Under the pieces are notes generated by a model, which was not told the origin of the DNA, made no database searches, and worked only from the letters and a program-made list of their open reading frames with translations. A stretch of 64,000 nucleotides of DNA, from contig CBDATS010000004.1 in NCBI GenBank assembly GCA_965200245.1, forward strand, positions 1,024,001 to 1,088,000, read 5' to 3'. This DNA is from a bacterium. Its GTDB lineage: Bacteria; UBA8248. Both the position numbers and the translations under genes were made by a program. This document shows, one piece after another, positions 62,936-64,000 of this stretch (positions within the stretch are counted from its first letter, which is position 1; each line of letters begins with the position of its first letter).

Positions 62936-64000
62936 ACCGAACTCTCGCCACCTGAAATCTGGCGAACTGGTTGCGGTTCGTCGTTCTTGGTGGGACGAAT
63001 ACGACGGTTCAACAGATCGATCATTCGCCACGTCGTTCGGTCGATGGCGGGCTTGGGCAAATAGTGCTCGACCATATCTTTCAAGCTACCGAAGTGGGAC
63101 CCGACGAGCAGCGTGATCTGTGCTTTGTGTCCGGTATGGTCACAGAAAGTCGGCAGACGCCCTCCCGCGTCGTCATACGAAATAATGACCAAATGAGTAG
63201 AGGGAATACTCAACATGTCCCGGAGTACGCGGTTCACGTGGTCATCCCCGAAGCCGTAGCCATAGGTCACCACCACCGCGTTGGGCTGGCAGACTGCAGC
63301 GGCGAAGTCTCGAAACAAATCGGCGTAGGGGAACTCCAGGGTCTCGAAATCCTTGGCGGCATTGGGATAGATGAGCAACTGCTCACTTGGACATTTGGAT
63401 AGACCAGGATGGTCGTCAGGTGCACCAAAAGGGAGACCGGAGCGTTGTACTTCCAAGCGGCCAGAGGGTCCCGCGGCACTTCGCCAATCCACTGAACCAT
63501 GGAGTTTGGTAAAACGCACGACGCCTTCAAGGTATCGGGGCTCTCCACGGATTCCCGGGGGATTGTAGTGCAGATCGACACCGAACCTTGACGAATGAAA
63601 CACGGGAGCAAGAGTACCTACGAAACGGTCGACAACCCTCAACCCCAGCAGATCGCACCCGTACTCGATAAGCCGATCATAGTTGGTCGTGAAAACATGC
63701 GCGCGTTCTCGGGTTGCTGCACGACTCCCGAAAGGGATCAGGAAGTCTCCTAGCAAGCGTCGTACCTGCACGGCTTGTTCATTGTTTGTAGCTGTCATGA
63801 CAGCGTCAATGTCGCGCTCCGTCGCGAGGATTTTCTTAGAGAACGAAGAAAGGGCTTTGTCGAGATTGGATTGCCATTCCTGCAGTGACTTGGCGGCAGC
63901 CTGACGAAGGTCGTCGGCATTGTCAACCATGTCCATGTCTCCGGCAAGAATGCGCAAGCCGCCAATCAACTCGATAATGGTACGCGTCTGATCTTCGATG
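62932..64000 (-). CDS. SIR2-family NADase of a SIR2-HerA (Nezha-type) defence pair; 5' end outside the window
   Basis: FTTNYD, KLHGSVDW, IYP, YGYGFGDDHVN; ATGA overlap with herA. Confidence 0.92.
   Translation of the reverse strand, partial: IEDQTRTIIELIGGLRILAGDMDMVDNADDLRQAAAKSLQEWQSNLDKALSSFSKKILATERDIDAVMTATNNEQAVQVRRLLGDFLIPFGSRAATRERAHVFTTNYDRLIEYGCDLLGLRVVDRFVGTLAPVFHSSRFGVDLHYNPPGIRGEPRYLEGVVRFTKLHGSVDWRSAAGPSGRLEVQRSGLPFGAPDDHPGLSKCPSEQLLIYPNAAKDFETLEFPYADLFRDFAAAVCQPNAVVVTYGYGFGDDHVNRVLRDMLSIPSTHLVIISYDDAGGRLPTFCDHTGHKAQITLLVGSHFGSLKDMVEHYLPKPAIDRTTWRMIDLLNRRIRPTKNDEPQPVRQISGGESSV

Overview
A GC-rich bacterial chromosome segment. The secreted ankyrin protein, the many ABC transporters and the decayed accessory genes suggest a host-associated bacterium, possibly a sponge symbiont (inference only). 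Left to right: (1) 1-13.2 kb, housekeeping/metabolic genes (RND permease end, hydrolases, queG, DedA and AEC transporters, sulfatase); (2) hipBA with visible operators; (3) a 12-kb catabolic cluster with three RidA paralogs, two NitT/TauT-type ABC sets, two amidohydrolases, an MBL hydrolase and a His-rich LVIVD beta-propeller; (4) a decayed AT-rich islet downstream of tRNA-Ser(GCT) with Fic, RelE/Phd, IS256, a HEPN-motif protein and an integrase remnant; (5) a deaminase/creatininase/ABC operon; (6) a 5.3-kb integrase-less sugar-ABC islet bounded by tRNA-Ser(TGA) and a 22/24-bp copy of its 3' end; (7) ankyrin protein, HpaB-family gene and glutaredoxin; (8) an intact regulator-speD-pdaD-speE-speB polyamine operon; (9) a defence island from about 54 kb to the end, with SIR2-HerA joined by a deletion to a type III Res fragment, a type ISP remnant, an intact NDT/TIR-like gene, and an intact, translationally coupled PD-(D/E)xK-like nuclease plus TPR-like gene pair. 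That pair is the best candidate for an undescribed system. Accessory genes carry many nonsense codons, homopolymer frameshifts and short deletions, while core genes are clean. All calls come from reading motifs by eye; no database searches were run.
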